Shown piece by piece: positions 1-9,827 of a stretch of 61,188 nucleotides of DNA. Both the position numbers and the translations under genes were made by a program. Origin of the DNA: Candidatus Nealsonbacteria bacterium (lineage in GTDB: Bacteria; Patescibacteriota; Minisyncoccia; Minisyncoccales; GWA2-46-15); the NCBI GenBank assembly GCA_016207115.1, contig JACQQI010000026.1:1-61188 (forward strand). Direction: 5' to 3'. Each line of letters opens with the position of its first letter. Positions within the stretch are counted from its first letter, which is position 1. Under the pieces are notes generated by a model that was not told the DNA's origin, searched no databases, and saw only the letters and a list, made by a program, of their open reading frames with translations.

Positions 1-976
1 GGTGCCAGGCGCAGACGCTGACCATGGCCGCGTTGTCGGTCAGAAGTTTGTCGTCGTAGGGAAGGAAAACTTTTAAATTGAACTGCCGGGCCACCCTTCT
101 AGCTTCTTTTTTCAATCTTAAATTATTGATGACTCCCCCGCCCAGAACGATTTGTTTAGGCCGGTATGATTTAATCGCTCTCCTCAATTTGATCATCAAG
201 GATTCAACCAAGACTTTTTCAAAGGAGGCGGCAAAGTCGCAGTAGAATTGTTTATCCCAAGGCCGAGATAATTTCTGCAGCTTATACAAACAAGCGGTCT
301 TTAATCCGGAGAAACTGAAGTTGAGGTCGCCGGAATTGACCATGGCCACGGGTAGTTCATATTTTGGTTGGCCAGTTTTGGCCAACTCGGAGATGATGGG
401 GCCGCCCGGATAGCCCAGTCCCAGCATCTTGGCTACCTTGTCGAAAGCTTCGCCGGCCGCGTCATCTAACGTCTCCCCTAAAAGCCGGTAGTCTCCGAAA
501 TTCTTCATCCAGACCAGCTGGGTGTGACCGCCAGAAACCAGCAGTCCCAGGATCGGAAAGCGCGGTTCAGCTTCGGAAAAGGCTCCTTGGCCTTGGGAAT
601 TCCGGGCAAAGGAAGAGAGAAGATGAGCTTCCATGTGATTGACGGCGATAACAGACTTACCCTGCTCCTTGGCCAGTCCCTTAACTCTCAAAATGCCCAC
701 TTCTAGGGCTGGGGCTAGGCCCGGCCCCGCGGTCACAGCCAAGGCGTTGATGTCTTTCCAGATAACTCGGCTTCGGCGCAAAGCTTCCCGGATGGCCGGG
801 TCAATGAATTCCTGATGCTTCCTCTTGGCCAGCATGGGATAGACCCCACCATACTCCTTGTGGAACTCCACCTGGGAAGAAATGACGTTAGACAAAACTC
901 GGTCGTCGCGGGTGACAGCGGCCGAGGTATCGTCACAGCTGGTATCGATGGCTAAAATGGTAAAATTCTTTTTCAC
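1..976 (-). CDS. tsaD: tRNA N6-adenosine threonylcarbamoyltransferase TsaD (Kae1/Gcp family); 3' end cut by window edge
   Basis: Own translation of the minus strand from GTG at 976 gives VKKNFTILAIDTSCDDTSAAV...NHMEAHL...SGGHTQL...TDNAAMVSVCAWH. It is absent from the ORF track because it runs off the window. The family metal-binding HxxxH and GGHT motifs are present. Confidence 0.85.
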   Translation of the reverse strand, partial: MKKNFTILAIDTSCDDTSAAVTRDDRVLSNVISSQVEFHKEYGGVYPMLAKRKHQEFIDPAIREALRRSRVIWKDINALAVTAGPGLAPALEVGILRVKGLAKEQGKSVIAVNHMEAHLLSSFARNSQGQGAFSEAEPRFPILGLLVSGGHTQLVWMKNFGDYRLLGETLDDAAGEAFDKVAKMLGLGYPGGPIISELAKTGQPKYELPVAMVNSGDLNFSFSGLKTACLYKLQKLSRPWDKQFYCDFAASFEKVLVESLMIKLRRAIKSYRPKQIVLGGGVINNLRLKKEARRVARQFNLKVFLPYDDKLLTDNAAMVSVCAWH

Positions 977-978
977 GG

Positions 979-2046
979 TTAATTCTGGTAACTGATTTTC
1001 CTTTTTGTTTCCGAAAGGTGTTTGATATTAACCCAGATGAGCTGGATTTTTTTGTTTTTGGCCAGACGAACCAGGACCGAACGCATTTTCTGTACCCATT
1101 CGATGGCCACGACGTTGCCCGGCTTCAGCATTTTCTCCAGACCTAAATCCAACAGCTCCTCCCCTTTTTCTAACCGCCAGGTATCGAGGTGATAGAAAAT
1201 TCTTTGTTTAAAAGGGTATTCTCGAATGATGGTAAAAGTCGGGGAGACGACATTGTCTCGTATTCCCAATGCTTTAGCCAAACCCTTGGCAAATTGTGTC
1301 TTGCCCGAACCCAGTTCTCCCTGCAGGGCAAAAACTAAGCATTTTGATTTGAGCATTTTTTCGTGTTCCTTGGAAATCTTCTGGGCGATTTCCTGCGTCT
1401 TCTCTTCTGATTCGGAGATAAAGGTATTTCTAGAACTCGCTTTGATCTTTATCTCCCCCTGGCGCAAAATCCGGGGCTCATTTAGAGTCGTATCCACCAC
1501 GGTGGAAGGCGAATTGTAGAGCAACTGGCCCGCGTCCAAAAACAGGTCAATTAAAGCCAAACGCTTTTGGGTGGTGTATTTTAAGACATCTTTCAGGCAA
1601 TAGGGTGTCTTTTTGCCTGAGGTATTGGCCGAGGTGGAAGTAATGGGTTTACCAAATCTCCTAATAATTTTCAGAGCCAGAGGATAATCAGGAATTCTAA
1701 TGCCTAACGTTTCTTTTCCCGCCTGCAAAACGGGGTCGGTTCTAGCTTTACTTTTAGAAACCACGGTCAGAGGTCCCGGCAGAAACTTTTGGTAAAGATT
1801 TCGGGCGGTTTCGTTGATTTCAACATATCTCTCGGCCATCTTTCTGTCCGAGACCGCCACAGAAACTGCTTTGCCGCCCCGGCTGCCCTTAAACTCTAAA
1901 AGTTTTTTGACCGCTTCAGTGTTGGTCGCGTCCGCGCCCAAGCCGTAACAAGTCTCGGTCGGATAAATGACCAAACCGCCATCCTTCAGGATGGCCACGG
2001 CTTTTTCAACGGCTCTCTTTTGATCTCTGGTTTTGACTATTTCCAT
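979..2046 (-). CDS. Fusion of YrdC/Sua5-type TsaC domain (N-terminal) with TsaE P-loop domain (C-terminal)
   Basis: 355-aa ORF. The N-terminal half has VIYPTETCYGLGADA, ITSTSAN and STVVD (YrdC fold). The C-terminal half has LQGELGSGKTQFAKGLAKALGI, SPTFTII, HLDTWRL and AIEW (TsaE/YjeE motifs). It sits directly upstream of tsaD. Confidence 0.8.
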   Translation of the reverse strand: MEIVKTRDQKRAVEKAVAILKDGGLVIYPTETCYGLGADATNTEAVKKLLEFKGSRGGKAVSVAVSDRKMAERYVEINETARNLYQKFLPGPLTVVSKSKARTDPVLQAGKETLGIRIPDYPLALKIIRRFGKPITSTSANTSGKKTPYCLKDVLKYTTQKRLALIDLFLDAGQLLYNSPSTVVDTTLNEPRILRQGEIKIKASSRNTFISESEEKTQEIAQKISKEHEKMLKSKCLVFALQGELGSGKTQFAKGLAKALGIRDNVVSPTFTIIREYPFKQRIFYHLDTWRLEKGEELLDLGLEKMLKPGNVVAIEWVQKMRSVLVRLAKNKKIQLIWVNIKHLSETKRKISYQN

Positions 2047-3254
2047 GTCGTGTTGTCTGGAATGTTCTCAAAGACGATTGTGCCCGGCCAGACCGTACAA
2101 TCCCGGCCCACCAAGACGCCGGGCATGACGCCAACCTGAACGCCAAACTGGCTGCGGTTGCCGACAACCGCGCCAAAATAAGTTGAACCCGTATCGATTT
2201 CCTCGCCCTTAACTTCAGTAGAAATGTTCTTCCGGTCGAGCCGGCGGTTGGCCGTGACCAGCCCCGCACCGAAGCGGCAATCAGGGCCGATTAAAGAATC
2301 GCCCAAATAGCCGGAATGGAAATGCGTGTTTTCGCCAACCAGACTGTGTTTAATTTCCATGAAGGCGCCCGTCTTGACGCCCCCTTCTAGGTCGAAAGGC
2401 CCCCTCAAGACATTACTGGCTCCGATCTCACAATCCTGACCAATATAGCCCGGGCCCTGGATGACGGTATTCGGGCCGATCCGGACGTTGTCGCTGACGA
2501 CGATCCGGCCGGAAATGACGACATTTTTGCCAATTTTGGCGGTTCTGGCAATCTTGGTTTTGAAATCTGTTCCGGTTAACCTCGCTTCCAGAATGGGAAA
2601 AAGATGCCAGGGATATTTTAAAGATAAAGTTTCTTCTTTGATTCTGACTAAACCGACCGGATTTTCTTTGGCATAAAGAGAAATCGCTTTAATCAAAGAG
2701 TAAGGATGCGAAGGAATTTTTTTTAAATGGCTAAGGAATTTCTTTGGCAAAAAATAATCACCAACAATTTTCAAGTTGCTCGGCTCTTTGCCTTCGGTCG
2801 GCTTCTCCACAACTTCAACAACTTTACCGTTTTCAATTTTCAGGACACCAAAGATCCAAGGTGTTCTGGTTGGGCTACCGACAACAATCAATTCGTTTTT
2901 AGTTTTTCGAAATTCTTTTAATATCAACTCCAGGCGATTTTTGATATTTTGCTGTTCGGCATTAAAGAGAAAAAACTGATCGTCCTTGATAAATTTTTCG
3001 GCTGCCAGCAACGCATCGCCAGTCCCGGTCGGATTTTTTTGAATGGCATATTTAGTCTTTTTATCCTTTAGCTCTTTTTCGATATCTCTTTTTGGGCCTT
3101 GGACAACGACAATGTTTTTCAGGCCGGTTTTCCGCAGATCTTCAATCAAAAATTCGATCAGCGGGCGGCCGCAAATTTTGGTCAATGTTTTGTGTTTTTC
3201 GTTGAGCGGCCAGAACCTTGAGCTCTCTCCGGCCGCGATGATGACGGCTTGCAT
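2037..3254 (-). CDS. Sugar-1-phosphate nucleotidyltransferase with C-terminal left-handed beta-helix (GlmU-like architecture)
   Basis: 405 aa. N-terminal AVIIAAGESSRFWPL nucleotidyltransferase loop and a C-terminal hexapeptide-repeat-like region (IG.N.VI repeats). Overlaps the downstream gene start by 10 nt. Confidence 0.6.
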   Translation of the reverse strand: MQAVIIAAGESSRFWPLNEKHKTLTKICGRPLIEFLIEDLRKTGLKNIVVVQGPKRDIEKELKDKKTKYAIQKNPTGTGDALLAAEKFIKDDQFFLFNAEQQNIKNRLELILKEFRKTKNELIVVGSPTRTPWIFGVLKIENGKVVEVVEKPTEGKEPSNLKIVGDYFLPKKFLSHLKKIPSHPYSLIKAISLYAKENPVGLVRIKEETLSLKYPWHLFPILEARLTGTDFKTKIARTAKIGKNVVISGRIVVSDNVRIGPNTVIQGPGYIGQDCEIGASNVLRGPFDLEGGVKTGAFMEIKHSLVGENTHFHSGYLGDSLIGPDCRFGAGLVTANRRLDRKNISTEVKGEEIDTGSTYFGAVVGNRSQFGVQVGVMPGVLVGRDCTVWPGTIVFENIPDNTTWK

Positions 3255-3257
3255 TGA

Positions 3258-4217
3258 TTAAACTAAACCGGTGATTATCTTTGCCAGTTTCTGGGAATCG
3301 TGTTCTAAGGGTCCCGATTTCAAGAAAAGGTTGGCGCCGATAAACTTAGCTTCGTTTAAATTATCATCGATCTTGACCAAGCTTATCAACTCCGGATGGT
3401 CTTTAAAATATTTCTTGATTCTCGAGGCGGGCGGGACAAAATTATTATAGACGACGTAGTCTGGGCTTGACCCGAGATATTTTTCGATCTCGTCACTGAA
3501 CTTCTGGACGGAAAAATCATTGGTCTCGCCGTACTTCGTCACCAGATTGCAGACGTAGACGGTTTTGGCCCGACTCTGGCGAACGGCTCGGGCCACGCCC
3601 TCGGTGAGAAGAATCTGCGCCAGTGAAGAATAAAGATCGCCGGGGCCGATCACAATTAAATCCGCTTCCCGGATGGCCTTGAGAGACGGAGAATAGGCCT
3701 TGATCTGAGGGCGCAAGAATACTTTCTTAATTTTCAAACGTCCATCGTGTTTGGGTTTGTCGATGTTGGTTTCTCCGGAGATAATCTTTCCGTTGGCCAA
3801 AACGGCAAAAAGAGTTGATTTCTCCAGGGTCACGGGCAGAACCTGATGGGCGACGTTCAAAAACTTGCTCATTTCGGACAAAACCTTCTGATAGTCATTG
3901 GTCGCCAGCTCCAGGGCGGTGATGAAAAGATTGGCCAGGTTATGCCCCTTCAACTGGCCATCTTCGAAACGGTAATTGAACAAATTCTCGATGATCGGCG
4001 AAGTATTAGCCAGAGCCAAAAAGGCCCGCCGAATATCTCCCGGAGAAACGATGCCATAGTCCTTTCTTAGACGCCCGGCTGATCCGCCCGTGTCGAGCAT
4101 GGCACAGACGGCCGAGATCCTGACCGGATAGTGCTTGAGACCAGCCAAAACCGCTTTGGGCATGGCGTTGCCGCCGCCCAGACAGACAATATGTTTTTGC
4201 TTAATCCGCTTTGACAT
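3258..4217 (-). CDS. YvcK/CofD-family protein (gluconeogenesis-factor-like)
   Basis: IVCLGGGNAMP and IGPGDLYSS motifs. Start set at ATG 4217 (MSKRIKQKH) rather than the longest ORF start at 4253. Confidence 0.7.
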   Translation of the reverse strand: MSKRIKQKHIVCLGGGNAMPKAVLAGLKHYPVRISAVCAMLDTGGSAGRLRKDYGIVSPGDIRRAFLALANTSPIIENLFNYRFEDGQLKGHNLANLFITALELATNDYQKVLSEMSKFLNVAHQVLPVTLEKSTLFAVLANGKIISGETNIDKPKHDGRLKIKKVFLRPQIKAYSPSLKAIREADLIVIGPGDLYSSLAQILLTEGVARAVRQSRAKTVYVCNLVTKYGETNDFSVQKFSDEIEKYLGSSPDYVVYNNFVPPASRIKKYFKDHPELISLVKIDDNLNEAKFIGANLFLKSGPLEHDSQKLAKIITGLV

Positions 4218-4276
4218 TATTCCTCTTTTTATCATAAAGTAGAAGATGAGCAAAGCTTAATTTTCAAGTCAAAATC

Positions 4277-5545
4277 ATGCCAGAAAAATTTCTCGTTCGG
4301 GGCGGAAAGCCCCTTCGGGGCGAAGTGCGGATCTCTGGTTCCAAAAATTCGGCGGCCGGACTGTTGCCCGCGACCCTACTGACCAGCGAAGCCTGTGAGA
4401 TCTCTAATCTGCCCCAGATCAGCGACGTTTTGAATCTGGTCGAAATTATCAAACAAATGGGAGCCGAGGTGAATTGGCTGGGAGAAAGAAAGGTCCGGAT
4501 CCGCGCCAAAGACGTTGACCCTTCAAAAATACCTTCGGAACTCTTTGAGAAGGCGCGCATGTCGGTTCTACTGATCGGCCCCCTCTTGAGCCGCTTCGCT
4601 TCTTTCAAAATCCCCCATCCCGGTGGCGACAAGATCGGTTTGCGGCCCATCACCACCCACTTGGAAGGACTGCAGTCTTTCGGCGCCCAAGTTCACAACA
4701 GCGGCCAATTTTACCACTTCGAAAGGCCAAAAAACCTGCGGGGAGCCAGGGTAGTTTTGAAAGAATTCAGCGTCACGGCCACGGAAAATGTCCTGCTGGC
4801 CGCCTCCTTGGCCAAGGGCAACACCCAGATAGAAATCGCCGCCGCCGAGCCCCACGTCCAAAAACTGGGCGAATTCCTGAGAAAAATGGGGCTGGAAATC
4901 GAGGGCGAGGGCACTCACACCATCAAGATCCAGGGTGCTAAAAAACTGCGGGGCGCCAAAGACGTTGTCCCGCCGGATTACATCGAGGCCGGCACCTTTT
5001 TGATCGCTCTGGCCATCACCGGCGGACAGGGGCTAATCAGAAACGCCGAAGCCCAGCATCTGAGCTTCTTTTTGGAAAGAATGAGGGAAATCGGCGTCAA
5101 TTTCCAGGTCCACGGCAAAACCATTCGGGTGGAGAAATCGAAAAGCCTCAAAGCGGCCCGAATCCAAGTTTTGCCCCATCCGGGCTTCCCGACCGACCTC
5201 CAGCCGCAAACCTGCGCCCTGCTAACCCAAGTCGAAGGAAAAAGCCTGGTCCACGATCCTTTATACGAGAACCGTTTCTCGCACTTGCACGAACTGCGCA
5301 AAATGGGCGCGGACATCGAAATCACCGATCCTCACCGCGCTTTAATTTTCGGCCCAACCAAACTCCTAGGAACCAAGGTTGATAGTACCGATATCCGTTG
5401 CGGCGCCTCTCTGGTTCTGGCGGCTTTGGCCGCCCAGGGCCAAACCCTCATCAGCGGAACGGAACAGGTTGACCGCGGTTACGAGAAAATCGAAGAAAAA
5501 CTCGGCGCGCTCGGCGCCCGAATCGAAAGGATCAAAGAGAATTAG
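4277..5545 (+). CDS. murA: UDP-N-acetylglucosamine 1-carboxyvinyltransferase
   Basis: 422 aa. KFLVRGGKPLRGEVRISGSKNSA N-terminus, full-length EPSP-synthase fold pattern, and a C-terminal DRGYEKIEEKL typical of MurA. Confidence 0.9.
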   Translation: MPEKFLVRGGKPLRGEVRISGSKNSAAGLLPATLLTSEACEISNLPQISDVLNLVEIIKQMGAEVNWLGERKVRIRAKDVDPSKIPSELFEKARMSVLLIGPLLSRFASFKIPHPGGDKIGLRPITTHLEGLQSFGAQVHNSGQFYHFERPKNLRGARVVLKEFSVTATENVLLAASLAKGNTQIEIAAAEPHVQKLGEFLRKMGLEIEGEGTHTIKIQGAKKLRGAKDVVPPDYIEAGTFLIALAITGGQGLIRNAEAQHLSFFLERMREIGVNFQVHGKTIRVEKSKSLKAARIQVLPHPGFPTDLQPQTCALLTQVEGKSLVHDPLYENRFSHLHELRKMGADIEITDPHRALIFGPTKLLGTKVDSTDIRCGASLVLAALAAQGQTLISGTEQVDRGYEKIEEKLGALGARIERIKEN

Positions 5546-5557
5546 GAAAGGATAAAT

Positions 5558-7984
5558 CTAGACGACGAAATTAATCAGTTTCCCCGGGACGAAAATAGTC
5601 CTTCTTATCTCTTTCCCCGTCAAATACTGCGCCACGCGCGGCTCTTTTTTGGCGACGGCCTCGACCTCACTCTGAATTACAGATCTACCGTTTTCAATCT
5701 GGACTTGCCCCCTTACCCGTCCGGTCACCTGAACGATGACCGTCAACATTTTCTCAACTATCAATTGAGGGTTATAGGTCGGCCACGGCTGCTGGTGGAC
5801 GGAAAACTGGTTGCCCAAAGTTTCGCACCAGATCTCTTCGGCGATGTGGGGAGCCGAAGGCGCCAGGATCTGCGCAAACAACTGGGCATCCTCCCGGGAC
5901 AGATAACTATCGCTCCAGTCATTGATGAATTCCATCAGGGAGGCGACCATCGTATTAAACTTTAAATCCTCTAAATCTTGGCCCACCTTTCTTATGGTTA
6001 AATGAAGCTTTCTCAATAAGTCGGCTGGGGTTTCTTCCGCCTTGACGTTGTTCTGGAACAGCTGCCAGACGCGGCCCAAAAACCGCGAACAGCCCTGCAA
6101 GCTTTGTTCCGACCAGGCGATGGCCTGGTCGAACGGCCCCATGAACATTTCATAGAGCCGCAAGGTATCGGCGCCGTACTTTAAAACTATTTCGTCCGGA
6201 TTGACGACGTTGCCAAAGCTCTTGGACATCTTACGGTTGTCCGGGCCCAAGACGATGCCGTGCGACCTTCTCTTGGCGTAGGGCTCGGGAGTATTGACCG
6301 CGCCAATGTCGTACAGAAACTTATGAATAAAGCGAGAGTACAAAAGATGCAGGGTCGTATGCTCAAAGCCGCCCTGGTAGAGGTCTACCGGCATCCAGTA
6401 TTTTATCTTTTGTGAATCGGCCAGAGATTTGTCGTTCTGGTTGTCCAAATAGCGCAAGAAATACCAGTTGGAACCGGCCCAGTTGGGCATGGTGTCGGTT
6501 TCCCTCTTGGCCAGACCGCCGCATCGCGGGCATTTGGTATTGACCCAGTCGGTCATCTTGGCCAGAGGCGACTCGCCCGTACCCGATGGCTCATACTTCT
6601 CAACATAAGGCAGCTCGACGGGCAGGTCTTTTTCCGACACCGGAACCGCACCGCACTTTGGGCAGTGCACCACCGGAATGGGCTCTCCCCAATAATGCTG
6701 CCGGGAGAAAATCCAATCCCGCAAATGAAAAATTGTCTGTCTCTTGCCCCACCCCTTTTGCTCAATGTAATCCATCATCCTCTTTGTCGCCGCTTTAATA
6801 TCCAAACCATTCAAAAAATCAGAATTGACCATCTTCCCCTCTTGCTCTTGAACTTGTTCTGGTTTAAAAATATCCGAGGTGTCACCGTCCGGACCGACAA
6901 CGACGCGGATGATTTTTAGGTCGAACTCTTTAGCAAATTCAAAATCACGAAGGTCGTGGCCGGGGACGCCAACAACGGCGCCGGTGCCAAAGCTCATCAA
7001 GGCAAAATCAGACACCCAGATCGGCATGCGCAAATTGGTCAGGGGATTTAAGGCATAACAACCGGTAAAGACGCCGGTTTTTTTGCGGCCTTGACTGATT
7101 CTTTCCTCTTCGGTTTTTGCCTTGGCCGCTGCAACATAATTTAACGTCTTTTCTTTGTATTCTTCAATGACGATTTTTTCAACGAGCGGATGCTCTGGCG
7201 CCAAGACAACAAAAGTCGCGCCAAAATTCGTGTCCGGCCGAGTGGTAAAAACGGTTACCTTTTCTTCCGTCTTTTCAATTTCATAAACAATGTTGATGCC
7301 TTCTTTTTTGCCGATCCAATTCACTTGCTGGATAGCGATTTTAGACGAGTAGTCAACCAACCTCAAATCGTCCAAAAGGCGCTGGGCGTATTGGGTGATT
7401 TTTAACAACCACTGCTCTTGCTGTCTCTTTTCGGTCGGCTGGCCGCATCTCTCGTGTAGGCCGTCGGCCAAAACTTCCTCGTCGGCTAGAGTCGTTTTGC
7501 AAAACGGACACCAGTTGACCGGCGTTTTGGCCCGATAGGCCAATCCTTTTTCTAGCAGCCGCAAGAAAATCCACTGGGTCCACTGGTAATACTTGGGGTC
7601 GGTCGTGTTGATTTCCCGCTCCCAATCAAAGGAAAACCCCAGATCCTGACACTGCTTCTTGAAACGAGCAATGTTTTCTGAAACGGTCTGAGAAGGATGC
7701 CGGCCCATCTTCAGGGCATAATTCTCGGCCGGCAGACCGAAAGCGTCCCAGCCAATCGGATAGAGAACATTAAAACCCTCCATCCTCTTTTTCCGAGAGA
7801 AGGCGTCCATGGCCGACCAGCTGCGGGCGTGGCCGACGTGCAAGCCGGCGCCCGAAGGATAAGGGAATTCGATCAGGGTGTAAAACTTGGGCTTCGGATC
7901 AAAATCAATTGCCCGATAGATCTTTTCTTTCTCCCATTTCTCTTGCCACTTTTTCTCGATTTTCTGCGGTTCGTAAGGGTTCAT
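5558..7984 (-). CDS. leuS: Leucyl-tRNA synthetase
   Basis: HVGH (GLHVGHARSW) and KMSKS (KMSKSFGN) class I motifs and a CP1 editing region. Start set at MNPYEPQKIEKKWQ (ATG 7984), 4 nt after the upstream stop. Confidence 0.95.
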   Translation of the reverse strand: MNPYEPQKIEKKWQEKWEKEKIYRAIDFDPKPKFYTLIEFPYPSGAGLHVGHARSWSAMDAFSRKKRMEGFNVLYPIGWDAFGLPAENYALKMGRHPSQTVSENIARFKKQCQDLGFSFDWEREINTTDPKYYQWTQWIFLRLLEKGLAYRAKTPVNWCPFCKTTLADEEVLADGLHERCGQPTEKRQQEQWLLKITQYAQRLLDDLRLVDYSSKIAIQQVNWIGKKEGINIVYEIEKTEEKVTVFTTRPDTNFGATFVVLAPEHPLVEKIVIEEYKEKTLNYVAAAKAKTEEERISQGRKKTGVFTGCYALNPLTNLRMPIWVSDFALMSFGTGAVVGVPGHDLRDFEFAKEFDLKIIRVVVGPDGDTSDIFKPEQVQEQEGKMVNSDFLNGLDIKAATKRMMDYIEQKGWGKRQTIFHLRDWIFSRQHYWGEPIPVVHCPKCGAVPVSEKDLPVELPYVEKYEPSGTGESPLAKMTDWVNTKCPRCGGLAKRETDTMPNWAGSNWYFLRYLDNQNDKSLADSQKIKYWMPVDLYQGGFEHTTLHLLYSRFIHKFLYDIGAVNTPEPYAKRRSHGIVLGPDNRKMSKSFGNVVNPDEIVLKYGADTLRLYEMFMGPFDQAIAWSEQSLQGCSRFLGRVWQLFQNNVKAEETPADLLRKLHLTIRKVGQDLEDLKFNTMVASLMEFINDWSDSYLSREDAQLFAQILAPSAPHIAEEIWCETLGNQFSVHQQPWPTYNPQLIVEKMLTVIVQVTGRVRGQVQIENGRSVIQSEVEAVAKKEPRVAQYLTGKEIRRTIFVPGKLINFVV

Positions 7985-7988
7985 GGAA

Positions 7989-8831
7989 TTAGATTTTGAA
8001 TAATCGGCGGGCATTTTCCGTCGTTATTCGGGCAACCTCTTCATAGCTCACTCCCTTTATTTTGGCAATCTCTTCGACGACAAAACGAACAAAGACGGGT
8101 TCGTTCCTCTCTCGGTCCGCTCGAGGCGGAGTTAAATAAGGAGCATCCGTTTCCACGAGTGTTTTTTCTAAAGGCGCGGCCTTAATTATCTCTGGCCAAT
8201 CAATTCCCGGAATCTGCCGGAAAATAATTCCGGTGAAACCGAGATATAGTCCTAAGCCCAGATATTCCTTCGCCTGCTCAACCGTTCCGGTAAAGCAGTG
8301 GATGACGCCACCCGACTCATGGCGGGGCTGACTTTTCAGGGTCTCAATCAGATCCGAGTGAGCCGAACGGCAATGGAAAATGATCGGCCGATTTAATTCC
8401 GCGGCCAAGCCCATTTGCTCTCCCAGGGCTTTTTTCTGTAAAGACTGAAACTCTTCCAGTCGGGCCTTGGTTTTGGGTTTGTAGTAATAATCCAGGCCGA
8501 TTTCGCCGATGGCCACCACTCTTTGCGAGCTCCGGGCCAATTTGCGATAATCTTCAATATTAAACTCTCCCAGTCTTTCCTGGCCAATCAACTCTTCCGG
8601 ATCCAGCTTGTTTTTCATTAAATGACCCGTAACGTGAATTGGGTGTAGGCCGATCGCAGCAAAAACGCCTTGAGGATATTTTTCGGCCAGCTCAACTGTT
8701 CTTCGGCTCGTTGCTAACTGCGAACCGACGTTGACGACCCAGACGTCATTATCCAAGCAACGCCGAATAATCTCGTCGGCGTCATTTTGGAAAGCCTGAA
8801 AGTTCAAATGAGCGTGGGTATCAATCAGCAT
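7989..8831 (-). CDS. TatD-family metal-dependent hydrolase/DNase
   Basis: 280 aa. MLIDTHAHLNF, GEIGLDYY, IFHCR and ETDAPYL motifs. The start ATG lies inside repeat copy A. Confidence 0.85.
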   Translation of the reverse strand: MLIDTHAHLNFQAFQNDADEIIRRCLDNDVWVVNVGSQLATSRRTVELAEKYPQGVFAAIGLHPIHVTGHLMKNKLDPEELIGQERLGEFNIEDYRKLARSSQRVVAIGEIGLDYYYKPKTKARLEEFQSLQKKALGEQMGLAAELNRPIIFHCRSAHSDLIETLKSQPRHESGGVIHCFTGTVEQAKEYLGLGLYLGFTGIIFRQIPGIDWPEIIKAAPLEKTLVETDAPYLTPPRADRERNEPVFVRFVVEEIAKIKGVSYEEVARITTENARRLFKI

Positions 8832-8870
8832 AGCGAGTACGATATATCGGGCGGTGTACCGCCCGCTATG
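8829..8870 (-). repeat. Family-1 structured palindromic repeat, copy A
   Basis: Plus strand reads CATAGCGagtaCGATATATCGGGCGGtgtaCCGCCCGCTATG. Outer arms CATAGCG/CGCTATG, inner hairpin GGGCGG/CCGCCC, palindrome CGATATATCG. It nearly fills the tatD / DUF475 intergenic gap, and its terminal ATG is the tatD start codon. Confidence 0.85.
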
Positions 8871-8874
8871 AAAC

Positions 8875-9789
8875 TTAAGAGTTGTTTAAAAGAATCCGAG
8901 AGCGCCAGAAAGCGACCCCGACCAAAAAGAAAGTGACTAGGGTGGGCAGGTAATCCGGCAGATTCAGGCCCAAGCTCTCGACAATCATGAAAATTCCCAG
9001 AAAACCGATCGAAGTCATGGCGCCATTCTTTAAAAATCTGTATTGGGCTACCCTATCGATCCCTTTGATGGTCAATTCTCTGACCACCAGAGCGCCCAGG
9101 CCGTTGCCGATCAAGATTAAAGGCAGAGAGGTGGTAAAAGCAAAGGCGCCGACGACGCCGTCCAAGCTGAAAGAAGTGTCGAGGACTTCCAGATACATTA
9201 ATTTGGAAAAATCCGACAGATGCGTGTCGCCCGTCAGCAGTTTTTGTTCTTGTTTTTGCGCCTGTTCCCGAAAGCCATAGAGAATGAAAAACAGGGCGTT
9301 GCCGATGGCCGCCGACAGCATCAGCAGGGGCGTGCCGCGGGCGATGTATAAAAGGCCAACGAGCAAAAGCGCGGCAAAAGCGAAAAACCAAATGCCGAAA
9401 TCGGCCGAGATCAGCCGGTCGGGCACAAAGAAGGGTGTCTTTTCCTCCAAGAACAACCAGTGCAGATACAAGAGCAGCAGGAACACGCCGGCGGCGATCA
9501 GGATTAGTCCCTTTCTCGCTTCCAAAAGATCGGCCACGTGAGGGTCGGAAGAAAAGAACATCTGGAAAACACCGCTCAAGCCGATCTCGGGCGCCGAAAG
9601 CCAAACAATGATCATGGGAAAAATTCCCCGGACGATAAAGACGGCCGTGAATATTCCCCAGACCAGAAAAATCTTGCGCCATCTCAAACTCATCGTCTTT
9701 AAGACGTGGGCGTTGACGATGGCATTGTCGATCGAATTGACCGTCTCGAAAACGACCAAACCCAGGATGACGATCAGAAAACTGAACAT
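8875..9789 (-). CDS. Integral membrane protein, DUF475 (TerC-related) family
   Basis: 304 aa with multiple TM segments. N-terminal ETVNSIDNAIVNAHVL resembles the DUF475 signature. A TACAAT box lies 6 nt upstream of the ATG, suggesting a leaderless mRNA. Confidence 0.55.
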   Translation of the reverse strand: MFSFLIVILGLVVFETVNSIDNAIVNAHVLKTMSLRWRKIFLVWGIFTAVFIVRGIFPMIIVWLSAPEIGLSGVFQMFFSSDPHVADLLEARKGLILIAAGVFLLLLYLHWLFLEEKTPFFVPDRLISADFGIWFFAFAALLLVGLLYIARGTPLLMLSAAIGNALFFILYGFREQAQKQEQKLLTGDTHLSDFSKLMYLEVLDTSFSLDGVVGAFAFTTSLPLILIGNGLGALVVRELTIKGIDRVAQYRFLKNGAMTSIGFLGIFMIVESLGLNLPDYLPTLVTFFLVGVAFWRSRILLNNS

Positions 9790-9827
9790 TTTAAAATTGT
9801 AGCGAAATCAAGGAAATTAATAAAGAG

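Noticed and set aside
9053-9682. 209-aa minus-strand ORF in another frame of the DUF475 gene.
   Set aside because: It is an Arg/Gly/Pro-rich alternative frame. The 304-aa frame gives a coherent multi-TM protein with the SIDNAIVNA motif.
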